Assembly: GCA_038231455.1 (NCBI GenBank)
Contig: JBBRLI010000014.1
Coordinates: 1 to 64,000, forward strand
Direction of reading: 5' to 3'
Length of the DNA stretch: 64,000 nucleotides
Origin: Vulcanimicrobiales bacterium
Lineage (GTDB): Bacteria; Vulcanimicrobiota; Vulcanimicrobiia; Vulcanimicrobiales; Vulcanimicrobiaceae
Shown here: piece after piece, positions 46,413-55,301 of the stretch
How the letters are laid out: each line of letters opens with the position of its first letter
Numbering within the stretch: the stretch's first letter is position 1
Made by a program: the position numbers and the translations under genes
Notes under the pieces: model-generated
Told to the model about the DNA's origin: nothing
What the model saw: the letters and a program-made list of their open reading frames with translations, nothing else
Databases searched by the model: none

Positions 46413-48203
46413 TTATCGCCGTAGTTGTTCCAGTCGGCGGGTTTCGTAGATCGCTTGGAGCGACGAGAGCGCGTCGCTGGTAAACGTCATTCCTTGCAGC
46501 ACGCCATCCGCGATCGATTCGTGCGTGATGCGGGGCGGAAGGATGTCATCATCCTCGCGCCAGCCTAAGCGGGCGTTGATCGCGCGCTTCTTCTCCCAGA
46601 TGTGCGCCGCGGTCGCGGCAAGTGCGGCGCCGTCGAGTGGGTAGCCGGTCACCGCCGTCCACAACGCCGCGGCTTCGGGATAAAAATCTGAAAAACAATC
46701 GCGCACGAACTTGCAGAGCACGAGCGAATCCCAGACGATTGCATAATTTTCCGCAGCGATCGCTGCATCCGCGCGGGCGGTGTCACTGGTAGCGGCTCCC
46801 GGGTGCCGCAGATCGAAGTCATACGTCGCCGCTCGGTTGTGGCATGCGCCACGCGTGCAGGTCGCAAGTCCCAGCGCATAGGTCGGGAGCGCCCGTGGCT
46901 CGTAGCCGGGAAGTTCCAAGCCTTTGGCATGCATGGCAAACGCCGCCGAGCCCCCACCAACGATATTTGCGGCAGCGCGTACGCCCAGCGCCAGTGTCGC
47001 ACCGAAGCCCGTTCCGTTCACGATCGCTTCGATCGCCGGGACGAGTACGTCTTGGTTGCCGAAGCGAAGCGGTGTTCCAAAGACGTTTTCATCGACCAAG
47101 CCGCGTGCGACGCACTCCATGCCAAAGGCAATGGAGCCGCCGGTCGAGATGGTATCGAGCCCTTCGCGATCGCAAAGCGCGATTGCATCGAGCACCGCAT
47201 CGAGCGAGTCAACGCCGCAATTGGGTCCGAACGCCCACACCGACTCGTATTCGCTCGCACCGGCATTGCGGCGATCGCGGTCTTTACGCACGTACATGTG
47301 CTCGCACTGAACGGGGCAACCCGCGCATCCGGCACGCAGCTCGAGGTAGTCGCCGCGATGTTCGCGCGCGCGCTCCGGCGTGACGCGCTCGACACCGGCA
47401 AACGTTGCGCCGGTAAAATTCCGCGTCGGCAGCTGCCCCATGCGCTCGAGGACGCGCATGTTCGCGCCCGTTCCAAGGACGCGATATTTCGCCGTCGCCG
47501 GTCCGACCGCACGCTCGCGCAACACGGCGGCGAGTTGCGCCGTCTTTTGTGGATCGGCAAGCGCCACATCGCCGCGACCGCGAAGCGCGACCGCTTTCAG
47601 TTTTTTTGCACCGAAGACCGCACCCGTGCCGCCTCGACCCGCTTGACGACCGTCGTTCTCGACGGCCGCATACCGCACGCCACGCTCGCCCGCGCATCCG
47701 ATCGCACAGACGCGCGCCGTTCGGTCGACAAGTCGATCGCGGACGAGCTTGGTAACTTCGCGCGCCGAAACGCCAAGCAGATCGCCCGCTGGCTCGAATC
47801 GCACGCGGTCGCCTTCGACGACCAGTAGCGTCCAATCTTGCGCCATCCCGGTGACGATCAGCGCGGCAAGACCACAGCGACGCAGGACCGCGGACCAGTG
47901 CGATGAGGACAGTCCCTCATTTAAGAGACCGGTCAGCGGCGAAATCGTCGCAAGCGCATGTTTGTTTGCCGCGGGCACGGGAGTCGATGCGAACGGACCC
48001 GCTGCAAAAACGAGTGGATTTTCCGGCCCGAGCGGATCGATCCGGTGGAGATCGTTCTCCCGAAGATAGGCGTCGATCAGTTCGACCGCAAGGCCCACGC
48101 CGCCGAGGACGCGCGCGAACGTTGCATCGTCGAGATCGAACCGCCGATACGACTTCGTCGTTAGGTCGACGGCAAGGACGGTGCGCGGCCCAACGTAGCT
48201 CAT
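46413..48203 (-). CDS. aldehyde:ferredoxin oxidoreductase family (probably tungsten) enzyme
   Basis: SPLTG, GRGGTGAVFGAKKLKA, CAGCPVQC, EYES, DREGLDTIS, RGACH and CKF; start set at ATG 48203. Confidence 0.9.
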   Translation of the reverse strand: MSYVGPRTVLAVDLTTKSYRRFDLDDATFARVLGGVGLAVELIDAYLRENDLHRIDPLGPENPLVFAAGPFASTPVPAANKHALATISPLTGLLNEGLSSSHWSAVLRRCGLAALIVTGMAQDWTLLVVEGDRVRFEPAGDLLGVSAREVTKLVRDRLVDRTARVCAIGCAGERGVRYAAVENDGRQAGRGGTGAVFGAKKLKAVALRGRGDVALADPQKTAQLAAVLRERAVGPATAKYRVLGTGANMRVLERMGQLPTRNFTGATFAGVERVTPERAREHRGDYLELRAGCAGCPVQCEHMYVRKDRDRRNAGASEYESVWAFGPNCGVDSLDAVLDAIALCDREGLDTISTGGSIAFGMECVARGLVDENVFGTPLRFGNQDVLVPAIEAIVNGTGFGATLALGVRAAANIVGGGSAAFAMHAKGLELPGYEPRALPTYALGLATCTRGACHNRAATYDFDLRHPGAATSDTARADAAIAAENYAIVWDSLVLCKFVRDCFSDFYPEAAALWTAVTGYPLDGAALAATAAHIWEKKRAINARLGWREDDDILPPRITHESIADGVLQGMTFTSDALSSLQAIYETRRLEQLRR

Positions 48204-48463
48204 CCGCCGCTCGCAAGAAAGAGCACGCACGGCTTGTCGCGCGCATCGAACGTCTCGCCCTCACCGAGCGCGCGGCGACCATCGAGTAAAAGCAAATTGG
48301 GTTCGATGAAGCGTTCGCCTTCGATTACCGTTCCGCGCAGGACGGGGAAATCGCGCGCGAGCGCGCGCAAAAACGCGGGCAGATCCACCGGTTCATCGAC
48401 GCTCACCTCAACCCTCGCGCAGCCGACGAGCGCGCGCGCGAGCCCAAAGAGTTCGACGTTCAC
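48200..48463 (-). CDS. moaD: MoaD/ThiS sulfur carrier protein
   Basis: 87 aa ending in GG, between moeA and AOR. Confidence 0.8.
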   Translation of the reverse strand: MNVELFGLARALVGCARVEVSVDEPVDLPAFLRALARDFPVLRGTVIEGERFIEPNLLLLDGRRALGEGETFDARDKPCVLFLASGG

Positions 48464-50400
48464 GGAGCGACCGCTTCGCGCGGCACGACGATGCGCACGC
48501 TGCCCGCATGTTGCGTGTTGTAACCGCCGAGTCGTTCGATCTGTGCACGTAGGCTCGGCGCCGCGATCGTTTCGATCAGGCGCGCGATCCGCGGATCGGT
48601 AAGATCGCGCTCGCGAATCGCAAGATCGTACGGCTCGAAGGCAAGGGACACAAAGTCGCAGCCAAGCGCGTTCGCCGCGGCGCGAATTCCAAGACCGCAG
48701 TCCGCTGAGCCTTCGGCGACGAGCGCCGCAACGGCGAGATGCGAAAATTCGATACGATCGTAACCGACGATCGCGCCGATAGCAATACCCGCGCGCGCGA
48801 GCAGTTCGTCGAGCAGGAGGCGCGTACCGGCGTCGCGCTGACGGTTGATATACCGTGCGCGTTGTTCGGCGACATGGGCAAAGGATTGTAGGCCCAGCGG
48901 ATTGCCGGGCGCGACGATCAGGCCTTGTTCGCGTTCGGCAAAGCGGACGAGCGCAACGGGTTCGGCCGGACCGTAGCGCGCGATCGCTCGATCGTTGTAC
49001 GTTCCCGTCGCAGCATCGAGAACGTGCGTACCGGCGACGTGTGCAGCGCCCGAGGCGAGCGCGACGATTCCGGCAATGCTACCGACGTTCGCCGAAACGA
49101 GTTCGATATCGTGCGCGGCGAGTTCACCGGCCAGCAAATCGATCGCCACGTCGTGACTGCCAACAGCGAGAAGCGTCCGTTCGATCGCGGCGAGCGGACG
49201 AAGCGCGCGGATACGGACCGTCGTTCCCTCCGCGATGCCTTCGGTCAACCGCGGGATCGTAAGCATCGCGTTCGCGCGCGCAAGCGACGTAATGACCCCG
49301 GCGCCGCGTCGCAGCGGCGCGACGACGAGTGCGCCGTCGACACGCGCTGCGACGGCCCGCACGTATTCATCCTCACCGAGCGGCGAGAACACCTTACGCG
49401 TCAATCGGGCGTCGAGTTCGGGCACATCGGGCACATCGCGGCCGCCGAGCCGTTCGACGAGCGGCCGCAGAAAAAGCTCTGCGCAAATCGCAGCGCTCAC
49501 CGGATAGCCGGGAATACCGAGCAGCGGGATCGCCGGTTTGCCACTACCGATGCCGAGCACGACGGGGTGACCTGGACGAATCGCCACCCCGTGGACGATG
49601 ACCCGGCCGAGCGATTTGAAGACGCGCGCCGTGTAGTCATCGCGGCCCGCGCTGCTGCCCGCATTGACGACGACGACATCGCATGTCGCAAGGGCCTCGC
49701 GAACGACGGCGGTAAGTTCCTCGACGCGATCCCGCACCCGTCCGAGGGGAACTGGTTCTCCGCCGTACTGACGCACGCACGCAGCTAGTAGGACGCCGTT
49801 TGAATCGACAATTGCGCCGCGCGCCGGATGCTCGGTGCTCGGGTCGACCAGTTCGTCGCCCGTCGTGACGATCGCGACGCGCGGGCGTGCAACGACGTCC
49901 ACGCGCGTAATTCCGGCGCTCGCGAGTGCCGCAAGATCGGCCGGTGCGAGACGACGCCCGCGCGCAACGACCGCTTCGCTAGCGATGATATCCTCGCCGA
50001 TCGGACGCACGTGTTCGAACGGCGCAACGCTCGCACGAATCGCAATCGACTCGCCACGATCGTCGACGTGTTCCGCCATGATTACCGCGTCCATGCCTTG
50101 CGGCAGCGGATCGCCGGTATCGACCCAAATCGCTTCGGTCCCCACGCGCAGTTCGCGCGGCGCGGTTTCGCGCGCCCCGGCGGTGGCCGCCGCAAGCACC
50201 GCGACGCCGTCCATCGCGCAGGCGTGATAGTGCGGTGATGACAAGCGCGCGAAGTGCGCGCGCGCCGTTACGCGGTCGAGTGCCGCAGCGAGATCGACTT
50301 CATCCGTGCGCTCGATTCGAGCGCCAGCGGTCGCCGAAACGAATGCATCGCGCGCGTCATCAAGTGGAACATCATGGAGAAACAGCGCGCGCTCAGTCAA
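48460..50400 (-). CDS. MoeA fused to PBP/LysR-type substrate-binding domain
   Basis: AMDG, TGDEL, GSSAGRDD, RPGHP and PGYP, then GSHD and INRQRDAGTR. Confidence 0.9.
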   Translation of the reverse strand: MTERALFLHDVPLDDARDAFVSATAGARIERTDEVDLAAALDRVTARAHFARLSSPHYHACAMDGVAVLAAATAGARETAPRELRVGTEAIWVDTGDPLPQGMDAVIMAEHVDDRGESIAIRASVAPFEHVRPIGEDIIASEAVVARGRRLAPADLAALASAGITRVDVVARPRVAIVTTGDELVDPSTEHPARGAIVDSNGVLLAACVRQYGGEPVPLGRVRDRVEELTAVVREALATCDVVVVNAGSSAGRDDYTARVFKSLGRVIVHGVAIRPGHPVVLGIGSGKPAIPLLGIPGYPVSAAICAELFLRPLVERLGGRDVPDVPELDARLTRKVFSPLGEDEYVRAVAARVDGALVVAPLRRGAGVITSLARANAMLTIPRLTEGIAEGTTVRIRALRPLAAIERTLLAVGSHDVAIDLLAGELAAHDIELVSANVGSIAGIVALASGAAHVAGTHVLDAATGTYNDRAIARYGPAEPVALVRFAEREQGLIVAPGNPLGLQSFAHVAEQRARYINRQRDAGTRLLLDELLARAGIAIGAIVGYDRIEFSHLAVAALVAEGSADCGLGIRAAANALGCDFVSLAFEPYDLAIRERDLTDPRIARLIETIAAPSLRAQIERLGGYNTQHAGSVRIVVPREAVAP

Positions 50401-51634
50401 GTGGAATTACGTTCACCCGCTCGCCGCTCGCAAGTCCGCTGCGATCGATCGGGACGAAGAGCAGCGCATCCGCGCGCACGAGCGTAAAGATCAAGTTCGA
50501 CGCGCCGAAAATTGGCATTGCGTGCAACTCGCCCGCGCGGTCGTGCAGATGGACGGGAATATAGTCTTCGCGCCCCGGACGCGAGGCAACATTCGCATCG
50601 AGGATCGCATCGCGACGGTCGCTCGCCGCGCGCAATTCTTCGCCACCGAGATGACGGATGAGCGGCGCGAGCATGCGCCAGGCCACGACCAGGGCGCTTG
50701 CGGGATTACCGGGTAAGCCGACGATCGGTTTCCCATCGCAGACGGCAAGGACGGTCGGTTTTCCAGGTTTGATGGCGAGACCGTGCGCGAGAATGCCCGG
50801 CGAGCCGAGTCGCTCGACAACACCCGCCGTATAGTCGCGCGCGGAGACCGACGAACCTGCGGAAAGAACGAGCGCATCGGCGGTGTCGAGCGCCGTACGC
50901 GCCCGCGATTCCAGTTCCGCTTCGTCGTCGCGCACGATACCAAATGAGATCGGTTCGCCGCCAGCGCGGCGCACGGTCGCCGCGATCGTCAAACCGTTGA
51001 TGTCGCGCACTTGGGCGAGTTGGGGCTGCGCGTCGATCGGCACGACTTCATCACCCGTCGAGAGAATCGCAACGCGCGGACGCCGATAGACCTCGACGAC
51101 CGTACAACCGAGTGCCGCGAGCGCACCAACATCCGCCGGCCGCAGGCGCCGACCGCGCGGCATGGCTTCTGCCCCGGCCACAATATCTTCACCGATCGCG
51201 AGTACGTCTTCGCCGCTGGCAACCGACGTCAACACTTCGATCTGCGTGCCGCGCGCATTCGTCTCTTCGACCATCACGACTGCATCGGCACCCGCGGGAA
51301 GCATTGCGCCGGTATGGATGCGCGCCGCGGTGCCGGAAACGACAACCAGTGTGGGCACCGTTCCCATGAGAACTTCGCCGATGAGTTCGAGATAGGCCGG
51401 TGATGATTCCGACGCGCCATGCGTGTCGACGGCGCGAACGGCAAAACCATCCATCGTAGCGCGCGCGAACGCGGGCAACGTCTGATCGGCGCGAACTCCG
51501 CAAGCCAAAACCCGGTCCAACCCATCAGCGAGCGCGATGCTCTCCGTGGCTTGGACGACCGGTGTGGCAGCGCGCATCGCCGCAAGCGCCGCGCTCGGCG
51601 GCAGCACAGTGAAAAGCTTGTTCACGACAGGCAT
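50393..51634 (-). CDS. moeA: molybdopterin/tungstopterin metal insertase MoeA
   Basis: ATMDGFA, IHTGA, STGDE, KPGKP and LPGNP; SD GGAGG before ATG 51634. Confidence 0.9.
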   Translation of the reverse strand: MPVVNKLFTVLPPSAALAAMRAATPVVQATESIALADGLDRVLACGVRADQTLPAFARATMDGFAVRAVDTHGASESSPAYLELIGEVLMGTVPTLVVVSGTAARIHTGAMLPAGADAVVMVEETNARGTQIEVLTSVASGEDVLAIGEDIVAGAEAMPRGRRLRPADVGALAALGCTVVEVYRRPRVAILSTGDEVVPIDAQPQLAQVRDINGLTIAATVRRAGGEPISFGIVRDDEAELESRARTALDTADALVLSAGSSVSARDYTAGVVERLGSPGILAHGLAIKPGKPTVLAVCDGKPIVGLPGNPASALVVAWRMLAPLIRHLGGEELRAASDRRDAILDANVASRPGREDYIPVHLHDRAGELHAMPIFGASNLIFTLVRADALLFVPIDRSGLASGERVNVIPLD

Positions 51635-51692
51635 GACCTCCACCGGGGGCCAACGTCCATCCTCTTGCCCCAGTGAATCGAGGAGTCGACCA

Positions 51693-53297
51693 ATTCTGAC
51701 CGTACCCGGACCATCCGAACGACTCGCAGGCGACTTGGCCGCTCTTGGCCTCGGCGGCGTCGCGACCGTTCATCGCAACTTGAGTGTCGCCGACCTGTAC
51801 GAACACGCTCTGCGTAAAGGCGAAGCGGTCCTCGGAGCCGACGGTCAACTCGTGGTCGAGACGGGCAAGCATACCGGCCGCTCGCCGAACGACAAGTTCT
51901 TCGTGCGCGAACCCTCGAGCGAAAAACACATCGACTGGGGCACCTCGAACAAAGCGATGGACGCAAAAACGTTCGACGCGCTGCTCGGCCGTGTCGGAAC
52001 GTATCTCGACGGCAAAGAACTCTTTTCGCTCGACTGCTACCTCGGAGCCGATCCGCGTTACCGGCTTCCCGTGCGCATTTTGACGACGTATGCGTGGCAG
52101 AATCTTTTTGCACGCGACCTCTTTATTGAGACGGCGCACGAAGATCCCGAGTTCAAGCCCGAATTTACCGTGCTCGACGCGGCGCTCTTCGATGCGGAAC
52201 CCGCCCGAGATGGCACCGCATCCTCGACGTTCGTGCTGGTCAATTTCGCGCGCCATCTCGTGCTCATCGGCGGCACGCGGTATGCGGGCGAAATCAAAAA
52301 GTCCGTCTTTACGATCATGAACTATCTCATGCCGCTGCGCTCGGTGCTCCCAATGCACTGCTCGGCGAACATGGGACCGGACGGCGATGTCGCCATCTTC
52401 TTCGGCCTCTCAGGGACCGGAAAGACGACGCTCTCTGCCGATAGTTCGCGCCCGTTAATCGGCGATGACGAACACGGTTGGTCAAACGACGGTGTGTTCA
52501 ATTTCGAAGGCGGCTGCTACGCAAAGGCGATTAAACTCTCGCAGGACGCCGAACCCGAGATTTGGGCGGCATCGCACCGCTTCGGCACCGTGCTCGAAAA
52601 CGTCGTCATCGATCCGACTACGCGCGAACTCGACCCCGACTCGCAAGAACTCACCGAAAACACGCGCTCGGCCTATCCGATCGACTTCATCCCGAACATC
52701 GTCAAAGGCTCGCAGGGCGGCCATCCCAAGACGATCGTCATGCTAACCGCCGATGCATTCGGCGTCTTGCCGCCGATCGCGCGCATGACCGACGCGCAAG
52801 CGATGTATCACTTTCTCTCCGGCTACACCGCCAAGGTCGCGGGCACCGAGCGCGGCGTGACCGAACCGACCGCGACGTTTTCCACGTGTTTCGGCGCGCC
52901 GTTCATGGTGCATCATCCAACGGTGTACGCGCGTTTGCTCGGCGAACGTATCGCTGAGCACGAAGTCTCGTGCTGGCTTGTCAATACGGGTTGGAACGGC
53001 GGACCGTACGGCGTCGGCAAACGGATGAAAATCGCATACACGCGCGCGATGGTCAACGCCGCAATCGCCGGCCGTCTACGCGACGTCACCTTCGTCAAGG
53101 AACCGTTCTTCGGACTGCAAGTCCCGAGCAGCGTTCCCGACGTGCCGAGCGACGTGCTCGATCCACGTGCCTCGTGGACGGATAAAGCCGCCTACGACGC
53201 GCAGGCAAAGAAACTCGCCGGGCTTTTCGCAACGAATTTCGAGCGCTTCGCGGCGCACGCCTCGCCGGAGATCCTCGCGGTCGCAATCAAGCCCTAG
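51693..53297 (+). CDS. pckA: phosphoenolpyruvate carboxykinase (ATP)
   Basis: TGRSP.DK, YAGEIKK, GLSGTGKTT, IGDDEHGW, FEGGCYAK and ENTR; start uncertain (ATT 51693 behind SD, or TTG 51735). Confidence 0.96.
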   Translation: MLTVPGPSERLAGDLAALGLGGVATVHRNLSVADLYEHALRKGEAVLGADGQLVVETGKHTGRSPNDKFFVREPSSEKHIDWGTSNKAMDAKTFDALLGRVGTYLDGKELFSLDCYLGADPRYRLPVRILTTYAWQNLFARDLFIETAHEDPEFKPEFTVLDAALFDAEPARDGTASSTFVLVNFARHLVLIGGTRYAGEIKKSVFTIMNYLMPLRSVLPMHCSANMGPDGDVAIFFGLSGTGKTTLSADSSRPLIGDDEHGWSNDGVFNFEGGCYAKAIKLSQDAEPEIWAASHRFGTVLENVVIDPTTRELDPDSQELTENTRSAYPIDFIPNIVKGSQGGHPKTIVMLTADAFGVLPPIARMTDAQAMYHFLSGYTAKVAGTERGVTEPTATFSTCFGAPFMVHHPTVYARLLGERIAEHEVSCWLVNTGWNGGPYGVGKRMKIAYTRAMVNAAIAGRLRDVTFVKEPFFGLQVPSSVPDVPSDVLDPRASWTDKAAYDAQAKKLAGLFATNFERFAAHASPEILAVAIKP

Positions 53298-53385
53298 GCA
53301 CGCCGTACCCGTCGCGGTTCGGTAAAGGTACAACTCCCAGGCCCGGGAATCGAGCGAAATCTTTCTTCACGCGTTTCGGGAGGCG

Positions 53386-55188
53386 TTGATGGGTTTGTTT
53401 CGTCCGCAGCGGGTACTGCTGCTTGCCGTTTTGCCGTTCCTTGCAGCTTGCGGAGGTGGCGGCAGCGCCCCGGCCCCCGCTGTTCCTAAATCCGCGGGCA
53501 GTCCGGTCGATATCGCGCCGAACACGGCGCTTTTGTCGACGCCGGCACGCGGAACGCTCGTAACCGTGTCCTTTCCACTGCGCGACGACGCCGGGCTCGA
53601 TACATTGATCCACGCACAAGGCGACAAGTCGTCGCCCCTCTACCATCACTTCATCACGCCGCAACAATTCCGCGCGTCGTACGGCCCGGACCAAACGTCC
53701 GTGGATTCGGTCGATTCGTATTTGCGCGCGCAAGGTTTCTCGACGCAGCGCACATCGCTCGGACTCGTTGCCGACGCTCCGCAAGGCGTCGTCGAAAATA
53801 CGTTCCACATTCGGCTGCACGCGGTGCTGACCAAAGGCCGCGAAGCAAAAGGCGTCTCAACCTCGCCGACGTTGCCGACGGTCCTTGCGAAGGTCGGCGC
53901 ATCGGTTGCGGTCGGCTCGTTCACGCATCACGTTCACTCACAGAAACTCGTGAGTGCCCCCGTTGACAACCGCTATTCGACTGCGGGTCCGTACTGGTTC
54001 ACCGATCTCAAGCAGGCCTACGGGTATCCCGCAAACGGCGTTGGGAACGGCGCGGGACGATCGATCGCGGTCGTGATGAGCTCGGATGTGCTCGACTCCG
54101 ATACCGCAGTTTACTTCGGGCACGAGAAGTTCGCGCCGGTTCCGCTCGTCGAACGTCACCCCGTGCTCGGCGGCCCGCCGGCTTTCGATCCGGCAAACGG
54201 CGCATCGGATGAAGCAAGCCTCGACGTGCAGCAGTCGCTAGGCAGTGCACCCGGCGCAAAGCTGCTGCTCTATGACATTCCGGATCTGAGCGATGTCTCG
54301 ACGCTTGCCGCGTACACGAAAATCGTCGAAGACAATAAAGCCGACATCGTTTCTTCATCATTTGGGCTCTGCGAACTCTACTACACCGCCGAATACAATG
54401 GCGGCACGGATTTCACGACAATTCTTAAAGCGCAGCACGATGTCTTTCGTCAAGGTAACGCGCAAGGCATCACGTTTGTCGCGAGTTCCGGCGACAACGG
54501 TGCCTACGAATGTTACGATCCGACGGGTTCGATGAAAATCCGACGCGGCGTCTCGTCGCCCGCAAACGACACCTCCGTCGTGGCCGTCGGCGGCACCAAT
54601 CTCGTGACGGCTTCCGTGCCGGGATCGCGCGATTCGTCGTACGTGCGCGAGAGCGCGTTTGCCGATGTCTACGATGCATCGGCTGGGTTCACGGCTCCCA
54701 ACGACCGCTGGGGATCCGGCGGCGGTGTGAGCACCTACTTCAAGAAGCCGATTTACCAGTATCTCGTGGATACACGCTCCTCGATGCGAACGATCCCCGA
54801 TGTCTCGATGCAAATGGGCGGGTGCCCGTATGGCCCGCCGATTCTCCCGACGTGCAATCCGGATGATAGTTCGGTGATCGCGCGAATCGGCGGCAGCTAC
54901 GGTCTCCTCATCGGCACCAGCGCCTCGGCCCCCGAATTCGCCGGTTTGTTAGCCGTCACGGAGGGCACTCTCGGCACGCGCCTGGGAAATGCCAACGACT
55001 ACATCTACTCCGTCGCGGCGCTCGAAGGGTCGAACGCATATCACAACGCGATTCCGGGGGACAACGGCTACCGATCGACACCGGGATACAATTACGTTGT
55101 TGGGAACGGCACGCCCAAAGCCGCGAACTTCTCGTTCAACTTCGGAGCCCCGCTCGCGGGAGTTCCGTTGACAAGCAGCAACCCGTAA
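53386..55188 (+). CDS. S53 (sedolisin/kumamolisin) peptidase with propeptide, lipoprotein
   Basis: Lipobox LAAC, propeptide YHHFITPQQF, EASLD, SSGDNG, GTSASAP and GYNYVVGNG. Confidence 0.88.
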   Translation: MMGLFRPQRVLLLAVLPFLAACGGGGSAPAPAVPKSAGSPVDIAPNTALLSTPARGTLVTVSFPLRDDAGLDTLIHAQGDKSSPLYHHFITPQQFRASYGPDQTSVDSVDSYLRAQGFSTQRTSLGLVADAPQGVVENTFHIRLHAVLTKGREAKGVSTSPTLPTVLAKVGASVAVGSFTHHVHSQKLVSAPVDNRYSTAGPYWFTDLKQAYGYPANGVGNGAGRSIAVVMSSDVLDSDTAVYFGHEKFAPVPLVERHPVLGGPPAFDPANGASDEASLDVQQSLGSAPGAKLLLYDIPDLSDVSTLAAYTKIVEDNKADIVSSSFGLCELYYTAEYNGGTDFTTILKAQHDVFRQGNAQGITFVASSGDNGAYECYDPTGSMKIRRGVSSPANDTSVVAVGGTNLVTASVPGSRDSSYVRESAFADVYDASAGFTAPNDRWGSGGGVSTYFKKPIYQYLVDTRSSMRTIPDVSMQMGGCPYGPPILPTCNPDDSSVIARIGGSYGLLIGTSASAPEFAGLLAVTEGTLGTRLGNANDYIYSVAALEGSNAYHNAIPGDNGYRSTPGYNYVVGNGTPKAANFSFNFGAPLAGVPLTSSNP

Positions 55189-55208
55189 TCTAAAAACCGC
55201 GACCGGAT

Positions 55209-55260
55209 CGCGCGAGCATCGTAAGCGATACGTAACTCGTCTTGCTTACGATCTCGCGCG
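55209..55260. repeat. long inverted repeat/hairpin
   Basis: CGCGCGAG-c-ATCGTAAGC pairs with GCTTACGAT-CTCGCGCG, with further pairing toward a 5-nt loop. Confidence 0.75.
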
Positions 55261-55301
55261 TTCAGCGCGGGAACGCACTCCCCACAGGCGAACCTGCCCA
55301 C

